64,000 bases of DNA, taken from a virus. The position numbers and the translations under genes are program-made. The notes under the pieces were generated by a model. That model saw only the letters and a list, made by a program, of their open reading frames with translations, was not told the DNA's origin and did not search any database. The stretch lies in IMG/VR virus record IMGVR_UViG_3300027759_000048; one strand, 5' to 3'. Positions within the stretch are counted from its first letter, which is position 1, and every line of letters starts with the position of its first letter. Positions 1 to 9,078 of the stretch are shown piece by piece.

Positions 1-765
1 AGAAAGATTTGGGTTAAGAACGCAGAAGAAGAAAGACTACTTGGTGTTTCTCTTACAGGCATCTATGACTCCAAGTTGTTTAACAATCCTGATGACAAAG
101 GTATCAAGGAGCGTCTTGCTTCTCTTCGTGACTTTGCTGTAAAGGTGAATGATGAATTGGCCAATACTCTTGGGATTAATCCTGCCGCAGCTATTACTTG
201 CGTTAAGCCTTCTGGTACTGTTTCGCAACTCTGTGATAGTGCGTCTGGTATCCATCCTCGTCATAGTGAATATTATATTCGCCGTGTCCGTGGTGACAAC
301 AAAGATCCTTTGACAAAGTTCATGAAGGACAAAGGTGTGCCATGGGAAGCAGACGTTATGAAGCCTGACTCCACAACCGTATTTTCTTTCCCAATGAAAG
401 CACCTAAAGGCGCAGTTGTAAGAGATGACATTGACGCAATCAAACATCTTGAACTATGGGCTGTGTATCAGGACGCATGGTGTGAACATAAGCCATCTGT
501 TACAATCAACGTCAAAGAAGATGAATGGATGAAAGTTGGTGCATGGGTGTATGATCACTTTGATGAAATGTCTGGTGTATCATTCTTACCACATGATGGT
601 GGTTCATATCGTCAGGCGCCTTATGAGGAAATCTCTAAGGACTTGTATGAAGCAATGCTACCAACAATTCCAACAAGTCTTGATTGGGATAGTTTAGTAG
701 AAATCGAAGATAATGTAGAAGGTACACAAACACTCGCATGTACCGCTGGAGGCTGTGAAATATGA
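1..765 (+). CDS. nrdJ: Class II (adenosylcobalamin-dependent) ribonucleotide reductase, C-terminal part (starts before window)
   Basis: Frame open from base 1 (RKIWVKNAEEERLLGVSLTG); motifs TCVKPSGTVSQL, WCEHKPSVT, GVSFLP, YRQAPYEEI and C-terminal CTAGGCEI. Confidence 0.92.
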   Translation, partial: RKIWVKNAEEERLLGVSLTGIYDSKLFNNPDDKGIKERLASLRDFAVKVNDELANTLGINPAAAITCVKPSGTVSQLCDSASGIHPRHSEYYIRRVRGDNKDPLTKFMKDKGVPWEADVMKPDSTTVFSFPMKAPKGAVVRDDIDAIKHLELWAVYQDAWCEHKPSVTINVKEDEWMKVGAWVYDHFDEMSGVSFLPHDGGSYRQAPYEEISKDLYEAMLPTIPTSLDWDSLVEIEDNVEGTQTLACTAGGCEI

Positions 766-1163
766 GAAAACTACTTATTGCTATGATGCTACTTGCTACA
801 CCAGCAATGGCACAAACTGATATTACAATTTCAAAGTCAAGACAGCGCATGATTGTTCATAGTTCGGAGGGCAGCTACTCATGGCCAGTGAGCACCGCCC
901 GTAGGGGTTACTATACTCCTACGGGCAGCTTTCACCCTTACTCATTACAACCAATGCACTACTCAAGGAAATATGATAATGCGCCGATGCCTCACTCCAT
1001 CTTTTTTAGTGGCGGTTATGCTATCCATGCTACTCCACATACTGGCAATTTGGGGCGTCCTGCATCTCATGGTTGTGTTCGGCTTAGTCCCGGTAATGCA
1101 GCAACTCTTTACGGGATTGTAAGGAATGATATGGAAGAAACTACCATTCGGATCACAAACTGA
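762..1163 (+). CDS. Secreted L,D-transpeptidase (YkuD family)
   Basis: Signal peptide MRKLLIAMMLLATPAMA; WPVSTAR..TPTG, MPHSIFF.GGYAIH, LGRPASHGCVRL catalytic motif. Confidence 0.9.
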   Translation: MRKLLIAMMLLATPAMAQTDITISKSRQRMIVHSSEGSYSWPVSTARRGYYTPTGSFHPYSLQPMHYSRKYDNAPMPHSIFFSGGYAIHATPHTGNLGRPASHGCVRLSPGNAATLYGIVRNDMEETTIRITN

Positions 1164-1503
1164 TGAACTTGATCTTATTCTACTTGAACAACTACACCAA
1201 TCAAGAAGAAATAAGAAAACAATCAAGAGAGTGAGAAAGCTCTTGAAGAATGATCCTGCCATTGATAAAGGTGAAGAGTATATTGATGGTAGGATCGCCT
1301 TCTTTGAGACAATGATACAAAACAAATCCTTACTAAGTAAGAAACAGAAGAAGAAAAAGAGGAACAGAGACCCAGACATATTAGCAAGGAATCCTGCCTA
1401 TGAAATGTATAGACAAGTTCTATACGTTACCGTTTTTGGTTATAAGATGTTTACGGATTCAGTATCACATTATATGTCTTATTTCAAGAAAGGTAAAGAC
1501 TAA
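1126..1503 (+). CDS. Hypothetical protein
   Basis: ORF packed in operon, stop overlaps next start. Confidence 0.6.
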   Translation: MIWKKLPFGSQTDELDLILLEQLHQSRRNKKTIKRVRKLLKNDPAIDKGEEYIDGRIAFFETMIQNKSLLSKKQKKKKRNRDPDILARNPAYEMYRQVLYVTVFGYKMFTDSVSHYMSYFKKGKD

Positions 1504-1721
1504 TGGCTGGAGAAAGAGCAGCTATATTTGGAAGGTTTATTGAAGGACTATCAGAAAGTGAGCTAGGCGTTTCTGAAAGAGAAGAGACCTATAGAATACT
1601 TTTAGAAGTTCTTGAAGAATTTGACATTAAAGGTATGGAAGGATATCTAGACATTGATCCTGCTTTTGATGAAGTATGGAATGAAAAGTATCCACCAGAG
1701 ATTGAAGATTTTGAGGAATGA
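1503..1721 (+). CDS. Hypothetical acidic protein
   Basis: TAATG coupling, acidic 72 aa ORF. Confidence 0.65.
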   Translation: MAGERAAIFGRFIEGLSESELGVSEREETYRILLEVLEEFDIKGMEGYLDIDPAFDEVWNEKYPPEIEDFEE

Positions 1722-2390
1722 ATGATAACCGAGATTGTGAATTTTGAGAACGGTAGACTACAAACACCTACCGCTCCTTCATACAAATGTTCTATCTTCG
1801 GCAGTTACATATACACTTTAGACTTAGAAGCATTATCAAATTTAATACTAGAAAAGGAAGCAGAGATAACATCTCTCGATCTTCCTGAGAACTTGATTAG
1901 TCACGGTTATACAGGATTAGGTCCTAAGGCACTTACATCTAGATTTAAAGTGTTCAATGCTCTATCATGGGATCATTCTGAGATACACAAACTAAGACAA
2001 GAGATAAGATACATCTACAATATGTCATGTGACCATTTCAAGATTGACAAGAATGAGAAGGTGTATGTCCAGTGTTGGGCTAATGTGCTAAGGAAAGGTG
2101 AGAAGATGAATACTCACCGACACAGCGATAACACAGACGGAAGTTTTCTATCAGGACACTTTACGATTAGGTGTCAAGGCACAAAAACGGTATATGAGAA
2201 TCCATTCAGTGACGTTATCAACTGGCCTGAGTATTACTCTTTCACTAATAGTCCTGGTCGTATCAGTATCTTCAACTCTTACATCTATCATTATACAACC
2301 GAGCACGATGATGATAGCGAAAGAATAACTATGGCGTTTGATCTATTCTACAGAGAGCCGCCAAAGCAAGGTAAGATCATAGAACTATAA
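1722..2390 (+). CDS. Putative 2OG-Fe(II) oxygenase
   Basis: WANVLRKGE..HRH, LSGHF, IFNSYIYHYT, RITMAFD pattern of phage 2OG-Fe(II) oxygenases. Confidence 0.8.
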   Translation: MITEIVNFENGRLQTPTAPSYKCSIFGSYIYTLDLEALSNLILEKEAEITSLDLPENLISHGYTGLGPKALTSRFKVFNALSWDHSEIHKLRQEIRYIYNMSCDHFKIDKNEKVYVQCWANVLRKGEKMNTHRHSDNTDGSFLSGHFTIRCQGTKTVYENPFSDVINWPEYYSFTNSPGRISIFNSYIYHYTTEHDDDSERITMAFDLFYREPPKQGKIIEL

Positions 2391-2407
2391 GTCTCATATA
2401 TATTCAT

Positions 2408-2803
2408 ATGACATGGATATATGAAAAAGAACCCCTCACAGAAATCCCCGAAGGCATTATTGGCTTTGTCTACCAGATAACCAATCAAGCAAATGGTATG
2501 AAGTATATCGGTAAGAAGAACTTTTACTTTTCTAAAACCAAGCAAGTCAAAGGTAAGAAGAAAAGAATAAAGGTTGAGTCCGATTGGCGTGAATACTATG
2601 GATCAAACAAATCTCTCGTTGAACACGTTTCGCTATTTGGTGAAGACAAGTTTGTCCGAGAGATCGTTCATCTTTGTAAGACTAAAGGTGAGATGACCTA
2701 TTATGAAACCAAACACATCTTTGCCGTTGATGCTGTGTTATCAGAAAAGTATTACAATGACTGGGTGATGTGTCGTGTGAGAAAGAACCATATAAAGAAG
2801 TGA
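2408..2803 (+). CDS. GIY-YIG family nuclease (short, catalytic domain only)
   Basis: GFVYQITN...KYIGKK, YYGS, E and YYN motifs. Confidence 0.8.
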   Translation: MTWIYEKEPLTEIPEGIIGFVYQITNQANGMKYIGKKNFYFSKTKQVKGKKKRIKVESDWREYYGSNKSLVEHVSLFGEDKFVREIVHLCKTKGEMTYYETKHIFAVDAVLSEKYYNDWVMCRVRKNHIKK

Positions 2804-2811
2804 GGTGTAAT

Positions 2812-3039
2812 ATGCAGGTAGTAGTCTATTCTAAAGATCAATGTGTTTATTGTGACAAGGCAAGAAACTTGCTCAAGACAAAAGCAGTGGAACACGTTGA
2901 GTATAAACTCGGTAAAGATTTCGAGCGAGATACACTCCTGGAAATGTTTCCACAAGCTCGATCCTTTCCGGTAATAACGGTTGACAAAGAGTTCATTGGC
3001 GGTTATAATGAGCTATACGATTTACTTCTAACTTACTGA
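2812..3039 (+). CDS. Glutaredoxin (NrdH/NrdC-like)
   Basis: YSKDQCVYCDKA CxxC motif, RSFPVI, FIGGY; SD GAGG before ATG 2812. Confidence 0.9.
   Translation: MQVVVYSKDQCVYCDKARNLLKTKAVEHVEYKLGKDFERDTLLEMFPQARSFPVITVDKEFIGGYNELYDLLLTY
2981..3009 (+). promoter_or_regulatory. Sigma70-type promoter (TTGACA-N17-TATAAT) inside the glutaredoxin gene
   Basis: Perfect consensus hexamers with 17-nt spacer. Confidence 0.65.
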
Positions 3040-3048
3040 GGAATAGGA

Positions 3049-3309
3049 ATGATTGATAAGTATGCCCTCAAGGAACAGTTACAGAATGGTGTAGTTACTG
3101 TGGTATTTGAGAAGAAAGATGGAACGGAACGCTCAATGCGGGCTACTCTTTCCGATCTATATGTTCCGCAAGTCTTATCGGAATACGATGGCCAGGAAGC
3201 GAAGCCAGCTAAACAGTTGAATGATAGTGTTCAAGCGGTCTGGGATATTGATTCCGGCGGGTGGCGCTCTTTTAGACTTGACAGTGTGAAGAAACTTATA
3301 GTAGAATGA
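3049..3309 (+). CDS. SH3-like/WYL-like (DUF2693-type) phage protein
   Basis: VVFEKKDGTERSMRATL...WDIDSGGWRSFRLDSV. Confidence 0.7.
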   Translation: MIDKYALKEQLQNGVVTVVFEKKDGTERSMRATLSDLYVPQVLSEYDGQEAKPAKQLNDSVQAVWDIDSGGWRSFRLDSVKKLIVE

Positions 3310-3320
3310 AGGAGTGAATT

Positions 3321-3419
3321 ATGCCACATCCGCATAAGAACCGACCTCGCAAGGGTCGGCGAAAGATTGGTTCAGGTAAACGCAAAGCCCGTCGTTTAAA
3401 AGGAAAGAAGAGGAAGTAA
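3321..3419 (+). CDS. Small, extremely basic 32-aa peptide MPHPHKNRPRKGRRKIGSGKRKARRLKGKKRK
   Basis: SD AAGGAG at 3309-3314; stop overlaps the next ATG (TAATG); not in ORF track. Confidence 0.75.
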   Translation: MPHPHKNRPRKGRRKIGSGKRKARRLKGKKRK

Positions 3420-3673
3420 TGCCTACTGAATTGCCGACAGCAACAAAGGAACAAGCTATGCAGAATGTTAGAGTTATCAATGTAGGTGCTTCACAAACAC
3501 CTATTAACTTTATGGACGGACTGGCTCTTTTGTTCATCGGTCTAAAGCTAACAGATCATCTAGAAAGCTGGTCGTGGGTAGAGGTTCTAGCACCTCTATG
3601 GGCGCCTTTCATGTTTCACTGGTTCGTAAAGCTAGTGGTTCAGACTTTCTTTACTGGCGAGGATGAAGAGTAA
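3419..3673 (+). CDS. Small membrane protein
   Basis: LALLFIGLKLT..WSWVEVLAPLW hydrophobic motif. Confidence 0.7.
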   Translation: MPTELPTATKEQAMQNVRVINVGASQTPINFMDGLALLFIGLKLTDHLESWSWVEVLAPLWAPFMFHWFVKLVVQTFFTGEDEE

Positions 3674-3966
3674 TGTCGATGGATAACGGTATTTACGTTC
3701 TATTAACTGAGACAGAAAAAGGCCCAGAGTATCGGGTATCATACTCGTCCGCTATAGATAACATCTACGGCGTCTGGAATGCTGAAAGAGCTAAATATGA
3801 GGGAGACCTATCTGCGATAGCGTCTACCTTTTCCGAGTCAGAGGTCTATCATACTCTAAATGAGGCTCTTGACAAAGCAGAGGAAATAGAGAATGATATT
3901 GGATATACCGAAGACGGAATATGTGTGATCAGCGATTTCAAGGATTATAGTCACATCTTCAGTTGA
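3673..3966 (+). CDS. Hypothetical protein
   Basis: Coupled ORF; MSMDNGIYVL...YTEDGI. Confidence 0.65.
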   Translation: MSMDNGIYVLLTETEKGPEYRVSYSSAIDNIYGVWNAERAKYEGDLSAIASTFSESEVYHTLNEALDKAEEIENDIGYTEDGICVISDFKDYSHIFS

Positions 3967-3973
3967 GGAGAAC

Positions 3974-4438
3974 ATGGCGCAGATTAAAATATACGGAACC
4001 GCAAAGAAGATGGAAAAGCGTGAGATAAAAGAGGCTGCTTCATTTTTTTGTGATCATCTTATGAAGCGCCTCAGCAAGACCATTCTTGTTAAAGTCCGAT
4101 TGAGAAAGAACTTTTTCAAGAATACCAAATGTTTCGGTATGGCCACGTGGACGGATATCGATGTCAAGAACCATAATCACAGAGAATTTGAGATAGATAT
4201 AGAGGCTGATTTAGGCCATGTATATCTACTGAGAACACTAGCACACGAACTGGTTCACGTTAAGCAATATGCCCGTAAGGAACTGGTTGATATGTGTTCG
4301 GGTAACTATCAGATGTGGAACCGAGTAATGTATAACGAGAACATCGTAGGATATAGAAACCTACCATGGGAGAAAGAAGCCTCTGAAAGAGAGAAAGTGT
4401 TATACCATCTTTGGCGAGAACATCAAGCTAAATCATGA
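3974..4438 (+). CDS. Zincin-like metallopeptidase (HExxH)
   Basis: TLAHELVHVKQY and PWEKEA motifs. Confidence 0.8.
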   Translation: MAQIKIYGTAKKMEKREIKEAASFFCDHLMKRLSKTILVKVRLRKNFFKNTKCFGMATWTDIDVKNHNHREFEIDIEADLGHVYLLRTLAHELVHVKQYARKELVDMCSGNYQMWNRVMYNENIVGYRNLPWEKEASEREKVLYHLWREHQAKS

Positions 4439-5562
4439 CAGAGGAGAAGAAAGTGAAAAAGTCGGCTGTGGTTAGACGACCTAAATTTGCTGATGAAAAG
4501 TATCTTGGACCAGAACCCGAGATCACAGATAATTCCACACAATCAGAGTTGGCCAGGGCATACAACTGGTTCAACTATTTCTATACAAGTGACGATGCCA
4601 AGGCATTCACTATATCCTACCTAAAGAGTATCAAATATGACAAACATGTTATCTCAAAGCTGGGAGCAGTCAAGTCCGTCGATCTACACAATATCGGATG
4701 GAACTGCCGACTACTACACACCGGAAATACCTTGCCAGACGGTGAGTGGGATCGTATTGAAGAAAAACTTATACTCTTATCCTCAAAGGTGTTGGATGTT
4801 TCGGAGAGTGAAGAAGAACAACCTACACAAAAAGTTGTATCAATACAGGATCGTATCAATGCGAAAGCATCGGATCTAATTGGTGAACTTGAAGAAGAAA
4901 CCGATGTGTTCTTTCAAGAAGGAGTAATTCAGTTTGACATTAAGAAGTGGTCCATTGAGAAGGGAATTAAACCGCAAATTGCGAAGAGGATTGCAGAACA
5001 CTTCCGTCCTCAATACGAAGAGATCGTTGAAGCCCAAGAAGGCAAAGACGCCGACCTTGTTGAAGCGTATAAAGGATGGCGTAAGCCAGTTCTTAAAATC
5101 ATGGGTCTCTTTCTAAAGAAGATCATTGATCACATGACAGAGGTTGATGCTGCTGGTCAGGCTATTCGTAAGCCTCGTGCCAAGAAGATCAAGCCTGCCA
5201 GTGTTCTTGTATCCAAGCTACAGTTTCTACCTGAGTTCAAAGAACTAAATATCACCAGTGTCGATCCGAAAGGAATTATCAATGCTTCGCAACTTTGGGT
5301 TTTCAATCCTAAAACTCGCAATCTTTCTGTTTATCATGCCGTGGGTCGTTCGGGCCTTTCTGTCAGAGGGACTACGATTACAGGATATGATACGGATGCT
5401 TCCCTCACTAAGAAAGTCCGTAAGCCAGAGCAAGTCATACCTCAAGTAATGAATGCTGGTAAGGTTGATTTACGCAATATAATGAAGAACCTATCTACAA
5501 CTGAAAGCAAAGCCAACGGTCGTATCAACAAAGATACGATACTTTTGAGAGTGATCAAATAA
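4435..5562 (+). CDS. Hypothetical protein of T4-like phage type
   Basis: Long ORF with core-type codon usage; ends NGRINKDTILLRV. Confidence 0.7.
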   Translation: MTEEKKVKKSAVVRRPKFADEKYLGPEPEITDNSTQSELARAYNWFNYFYTSDDAKAFTISYLKSIKYDKHVISKLGAVKSVDLHNIGWNCRLLHTGNTLPDGEWDRIEEKLILLSSKVLDVSESEEEQPTQKVVSIQDRINAKASDLIGELEEETDVFFQEGVIQFDIKKWSIEKGIKPQIAKRIAEHFRPQYEEIVEAQEGKDADLVEAYKGWRKPVLKIMGLFLKKIIDHMTEVDAAGQAIRKPRAKKIKPASVLVSKLQFLPEFKELNITSVDPKGIINASQLWVFNPKTRNLSVYHAVGRSGLSVRGTTITGYDTDASLTKKVRKPEQVIPQVMNAGKVDLRNIMKNLSTTESKANGRINKDTILLRVIK

Positions 5563-5684
5563 TGTGGAAGACAACTGAGATTGATGTAATCTGGACTTTT
5601 ATCTACACAGGAATGTTTGTTGGTGTCTTTACAATTGGACTTTTGCTGTGGGCTATGTATCACGATTTAAAAAATAAGGAATAA
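5562..5684 (+). CDS. Small single-TM protein (40 aa)
   Basis: TAATG coupling; MWKTTEIDVIWTFIYTGMFVGVFTIGLLLWAMYHDLKNKE; not in ORF track. Confidence 0.55.
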   Translation: MWKTTEIDVIWTFIYTGMFVGVFTIGLLLWAMYHDLKNKE

Positions 5685-5687
5685 CAA

Positions 5688-6083
5688 ATGACCGACAAGG
5701 TAATCGAGTTCCCAAAGCACAAAGTTGTTCGTGATATACCCGGTAATGTCTTAGAAGAAAGAGCAAGACGGGCTGATCAAAAGATGGCTGATGCTATTGT
5801 ATCCGATCTCACAGCTATTATATTAACAGAGTTAGATAACTACGATGTTAATATTGAGGAGGAATCTTTTGCCAAAGATGTTGTTCTGATGGTTGATACT
5901 CTAAGAGCCACAGTGTATCGCCAGTTTGGGTTTGAACATCACCTACATCCTTACATCGAAAAGAACATCAAAATCATTTCCAAGAAGGATGCGGAAGCAA
6001 TGGAAGACATGACCGAGGAGCAGATAAAGAAGGTCATTGAAGATATGATGAAATCTAAACTTGACAATGATGACGAAGAATGA
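5688..6083 (+). CDS. Hypothetical protein
   Basis: SD AAGGA; starts MTDKVIEFP. Confidence 0.7.
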   Translation: MTDKVIEFPKHKVVRDIPGNVLEERARRADQKMADAIVSDLTAIILTELDNYDVNIEEESFAKDVVLMVDTLRATVYRQFGFEHHLHPYIEKNIKIISKKDAEAMEDMTEEQIKKVIEDMMKSKLDNDDEE

Positions 6084-6089
6084 TATCAT
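6061..6089 (+). promoter_or_regulatory. Sigma70-type promoter for rnh (TTGACA-N17-TATCAT, extended -10)
   Basis: Near-consensus hexamers just upstream of rnh. Confidence 0.55.
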
Positions 6090-6113
6090 AGGATATCAAT
6101 AAAGGAATATATT

Positions 6114-6974
6114 ATGTCTTATATGTTGGTTGATCTAAACCAGGTGCTTATCTCTAATCTTATGCAGCACCTAAAGCATGTGGCTAAAGCAAATGAAATC
6201 AGTGAAGACCTGGTTCGTCATATGTCTATCAATACAATCCGATCAAATGTAAAGCAGTTCAAGTCAAAGTATCCTAATGTTATCCTTTGTTGCGATAACA
6301 AGAAATACTGGCGTCGGGACGTCTTTCCATTCTACAAGTCACAGCGCAAGCATGACCGTGAAGCATCAGGTCTTGATTGGGGAATGATCTTTGATACACT
6401 CAATCGTATTCGTGACGATCTAAAAGAGTTCTTTCCATATAAGGTAATTGATGTCGCCGGCGCTGAAGCCGATGACGTTATTGCCGTGCTAACTGCTCGG
6501 TTGGCTCCACATGGCGGAGTGCTCATTCTATCGTCAGACAAAGACTTTGGGCAGTTACAGAAGTATCCTAATGTTACGCAGTATTCACCTATTCTAAAGC
6601 GTTTCATTAAGATTGATAATCCAAAGTTGTTTATCAAAGAACACATCATTCGTGGTGACCGTGGTGATGGCATTCCTAACTTTCTATCAGCCGACAATAC
6701 CTTTGCTGCTGGCGAAAGACAGAAGGTTATAAATAGTAAACGACTACAGGAGTGGCTATCTCTAGATGCGGAGACTTTCTGCACAAACGATACTATGCTT
6801 CGTGGTTTTAAGCGCAATCAAACTTTGGTTGATTTTGATTATATACCTAATGAGGTTCAGCAAAAGATTGTAACGGCCTTTGATGAAACAAAGCCTGCTA
6901 CAAAACAGAAGATGTTGGACTACTTTATCCAAAAAAACCTTAAGGCAATGATTGAGTCGATCTCCGACTTTTGA
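6114..6974 (+). CDS. rnh: T4-type RNase H (5'-3' exonuclease)
   Basis: YWRRDVFPFYK.QRK, EADDVIA, SSDKDFGQLQ, GDRGDGIPN. Confidence 0.93.
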   Translation: MSYMLVDLNQVLISNLMQHLKHVAKANEISEDLVRHMSINTIRSNVKQFKSKYPNVILCCDNKKYWRRDVFPFYKSQRKHDREASGLDWGMIFDTLNRIRDDLKEFFPYKVIDVAGAEADDVIAVLTARLAPHGGVLILSSDKDFGQLQKYPNVTQYSPILKRFIKIDNPKLFIKEHIIRGDRGDGIPNFLSADNTFAAGERQKVINSKRLQEWLSLDAETFCTNDTMLRGFKRNQTLVDFDYIPNEVQQKIVTAFDETKPATKQKMLDYFIQKNLKAMIESISDF

Positions 6975-6982
6975 GGAACACA

Positions 6983-7417
6983 ATGAGTAGTAAGAAGAAT
7001 ATATACGAAGTCTTTAATGAGTTTAAGATGGCTCCTTCCCGTGATACACGTATCAGCGTATTACAGAGCAACGATAGCTGGGCATTGAGAAATGTTCTAA
7101 TGGGTGCTATGCATCCTGATATCAAGTTTGCTATCAAGAAGGCGCCCAACTATAAGAAAGAAGCAGTCCCAGAAGGACTGGGATATAATCATATGACTGA
7201 TGCTTTGAGTAAAATCTATTTGTTCATGGAAAACAATCCACGAACACCTCCAGCACTCACGGACAAACGAAGGGAAGAATTGCTTCTTCAGTTGTTGGAG
7301 TCTCTTGAACCTCGAGAGGCTGATATCTATATTGCTATGATGTTGAAGGACTTGAAAGTTCCCTATCTAACATCAAAGCTAGTGAATGAAGCCTTTAAAG
7401 GACTGTTACCAGAATAG
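6983..7417 (+). CDS. Hypothetical protein downstream of rnh
   Basis: SD GAGGA; KRREELLLQLLESLEPREA, LTSKLVNEAF. Confidence 0.7.
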   Translation: MSSKKNIYEVFNEFKMAPSRDTRISVLQSNDSWALRNVLMGAMHPDIKFAIKKAPNYKKEAVPEGLGYNHMTDALSKIYLFMENNPRTPPALTDKRREELLLQLLESLEPREADIYIAMMLKDLKVPYLTSKLVNEAFKGLLPE

Positions 7418-7428
7418 GTGATAATGAA

Positions 7429-7629
7429 ATGAAACAGCGTAAAGTATCAACTCAGAAAATTGATCCAATGTATGCCGACCTGTATGAAGAGGAAAAGAGA
7501 TACGGCGGCAAGCGTCTCGAACGTATTCCTTCCGAGATGCATAACAAGCGCCCTCTGAAGAACCTCAAGAAGGCATGGATGGAACATCTTGAGGACTTTG
7601 ACGAAGTGGATGATTTCTTTGAACATTGA
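7429..7629 (+). CDS. Hypothetical protein
   Basis: SD AGGTG, 66 aa ORF. Confidence 0.6.
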   Translation: MKQRKVSTQKIDPMYADLYEEEKRYGGKRLERIPSEMHNKRPLKNLKKAWMEHLEDFDEVDDFFEH

Positions 7630-7648
7630 TTGTCAACAAATCTAGCCC

Positions 7649-7676
7649 TTGACATCTTCATCAAAAACATTATAAT
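7649..7676 (+). promoter_or_regulatory. Sigma70-type promoter (TTGACA-N16-TATAAT) for the R-M pair
   Basis: Consensus hexamers in intergenic DNA. Confidence 0.75.
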
Positions 7677-7711
7677 GATACATACTGAAACGTTGATGAT
7701 AGGAATACATC

Positions 7712-8248
7712 ATGTTGACCGCCAAAGATTATCTTTCAACCAAAGTTTGTAAGCAAGTTAACAAACAACTCGCTAATGATCGATATAAAGATTCCGCTTT
7801 TTTCTCTTTGAAAAATCTTTCTTCAAAGGTAAAAGGTGCTCAGTTTGAGCGTCTTTATCAAGAATACATGGAGTCCAAAGGCTGCGTCGTAGAAAAACCT
7901 TCTAATAAAAACCTTTCTCAACACAAATCTGATCATGATCGTATTGTTGATGGTCGTAAAAAAGAAATCAAAGGTTCTTTTCTATGGAATAGTGGAAGTG
8001 AAAAGCTGCAATTTCGTTGGCAACAAATCCGTCCTGGCCAAGATTATGATGATGTAGTTTTTCTTGCTTTCTTTCCTGATCGTCTAGAAATATATGAAGC
8101 GGACAAAGAAACTGTTCGTAGTGTTGTCGAGGTTCAAGATGAAAAAGGTAATTGGATACACAATCAACATGGTGGTAAACGTGTCAATTCAGGCACATTC
8201 TTTTTAGATGGCGTTCCTTCAGATTTTCCATGGATGAAACCAGTATGA
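7712..8248 (+). CDS. Putative type II restriction endonuclease (PD-(D/E)xK fold)
   Basis: KGAQFE...SDHDRIVDGRKKEIKGS (E...D-x8-EIK), WQQIRP.QDYD; ATGA overlap with MTase. Confidence 0.65.
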   Translation: MLTAKDYLSTKVCKQVNKQLANDRYKDSAFFSLKNLSSKVKGAQFERLYQEYMESKGCVVEKPSNKNLSQHKSDHDRIVDGRKKEIKGSFLWNSGSEKLQFRWQQIRPGQDYDDVVFLAFFPDRLEIYEADKETVRSVVEVQDEKGNWIHNQHGGKRVNSGTFFLDGVPSDFPWMKPV

Positions 8249-8994
8249 TAACAAACATTGACTGTATTGAATATTTGAAAACGATTGATGATAATAGTGT
8301 GGATTTAGTTCTTACTGATCCTCCCTATTTCATTGGTTTTGATGGTGGTAAAGGTTGGGACTCTCAATGGGAGAATGAGAAGGAGTATCTTGATTGGTGT
8401 AACGTATGGTCTAGAGAGTGTGCTAGAATACTCAAACCAAACAGAATGATGATTGTGTTTGGAACTCTAAAGACAGATACGTTTATAAAGTATAAGCTAA
8501 ATGTCTTGAATGAGATAAAAGAACTGTCAGGTCAAAATGAGATCATATGGTCTTACAATTGGGGTGGCAGAACGAAAGAAAACTTTGCACGAAAGCACGA
8601 ATACGCCTGGTGCTATTCTAAAGGTCGTGACTTTTTGTTCAATGGTGATGATGTTAGAATTGAACGCAAACAAAAGGTCAACATAAGAACTGGTAAACCT
8701 TTTGAGAAAGGAACAATCCCAACTTGTGTTTGGGAAAAGAACAATCACACTACTAGCAAGGAGTATGTGAATTGGCATCCAACTCAAAAGCCTATAGAAA
8801 TACTAGAAAGACTTATAAAAGCCTACACTAATCCTGGTGATATAGTTTTAGATATCTTCAGTGGATCAGGATCAACAATGATTGCTACCAAAAAAAGTGA
8901 TAGGATTTTTATTGGTAGTGAAATTGATAAGGAGTATTATAACAAATCCTTGGAAAGATACAAAGATTTCTTTGAGAATACACTACCTATCTGA
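8245..8994 (+). CDS. Beta-class N6-adenine/N4-cytosine DNA methyltransferase
   Basis: DLVLTDPPY (motif IV) before HPTQKP and VLDIFSGSGST (motif I). Confidence 0.92.
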   Translation: MITNIDCIEYLKTIDDNSVDLVLTDPPYFIGFDGGKGWDSQWENEKEYLDWCNVWSRECARILKPNRMMIVFGTLKTDTFIKYKLNVLNEIKELSGQNEIIWSYNWGGRTKENFARKHEYAWCYSKGRDFLFNGDDVRIERKQKVNIRTGKPFEKGTIPTCVWEKNNHTTSKEYVNWHPTQKPIEILERLIKAYTNPGDIVLDIFSGSGSTMIATKKSDRIFIGSEIDKEYYNKSLERYKDFFENTLPI

Positions 8995-9044
8995 TAGACT
9001 AAGAGTTGTGCCAAAATAATACACCTCGACCACCAAAATAGTCC

Positions 9045-9072
9045 TTGACTTATTCCAGAAACCTGGTATAAT
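9045..9072 (+). promoter_or_regulatory. Early promoter TTGACT-N16-TATAAT with extended -10 (TGG)
   Basis: Consensus elements; a degenerate palindrome sits 21 nt upstream (9007-9023). Confidence 0.7.
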
Positions 9073-9078
9073 AAAGGT

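Noticed and set aside
37-447. Minus-strand and alternate-frame ORFs overlapping long genes (e.g. 37-447, 6332-6817, 24655-25065, 49954-50238)
   Set aside because: Codon-bias shadows of well-supported genes, with no independent signals
2408-2803. GIY-YIG ORFs (also 9079-9402) as intron-borne homing endonucleases
   Set aside because: Both are free-standing, lack a DNA-binding extension, and no interrupted host gene or group I intron core was seen
8245-8994. Calling the MTase a CcrM (GANTC) mimic
   Set aside because: Shared motifs are generic to beta-class MTases and the CcrM C-terminal domain is absent; specificity cannot be read from sequence
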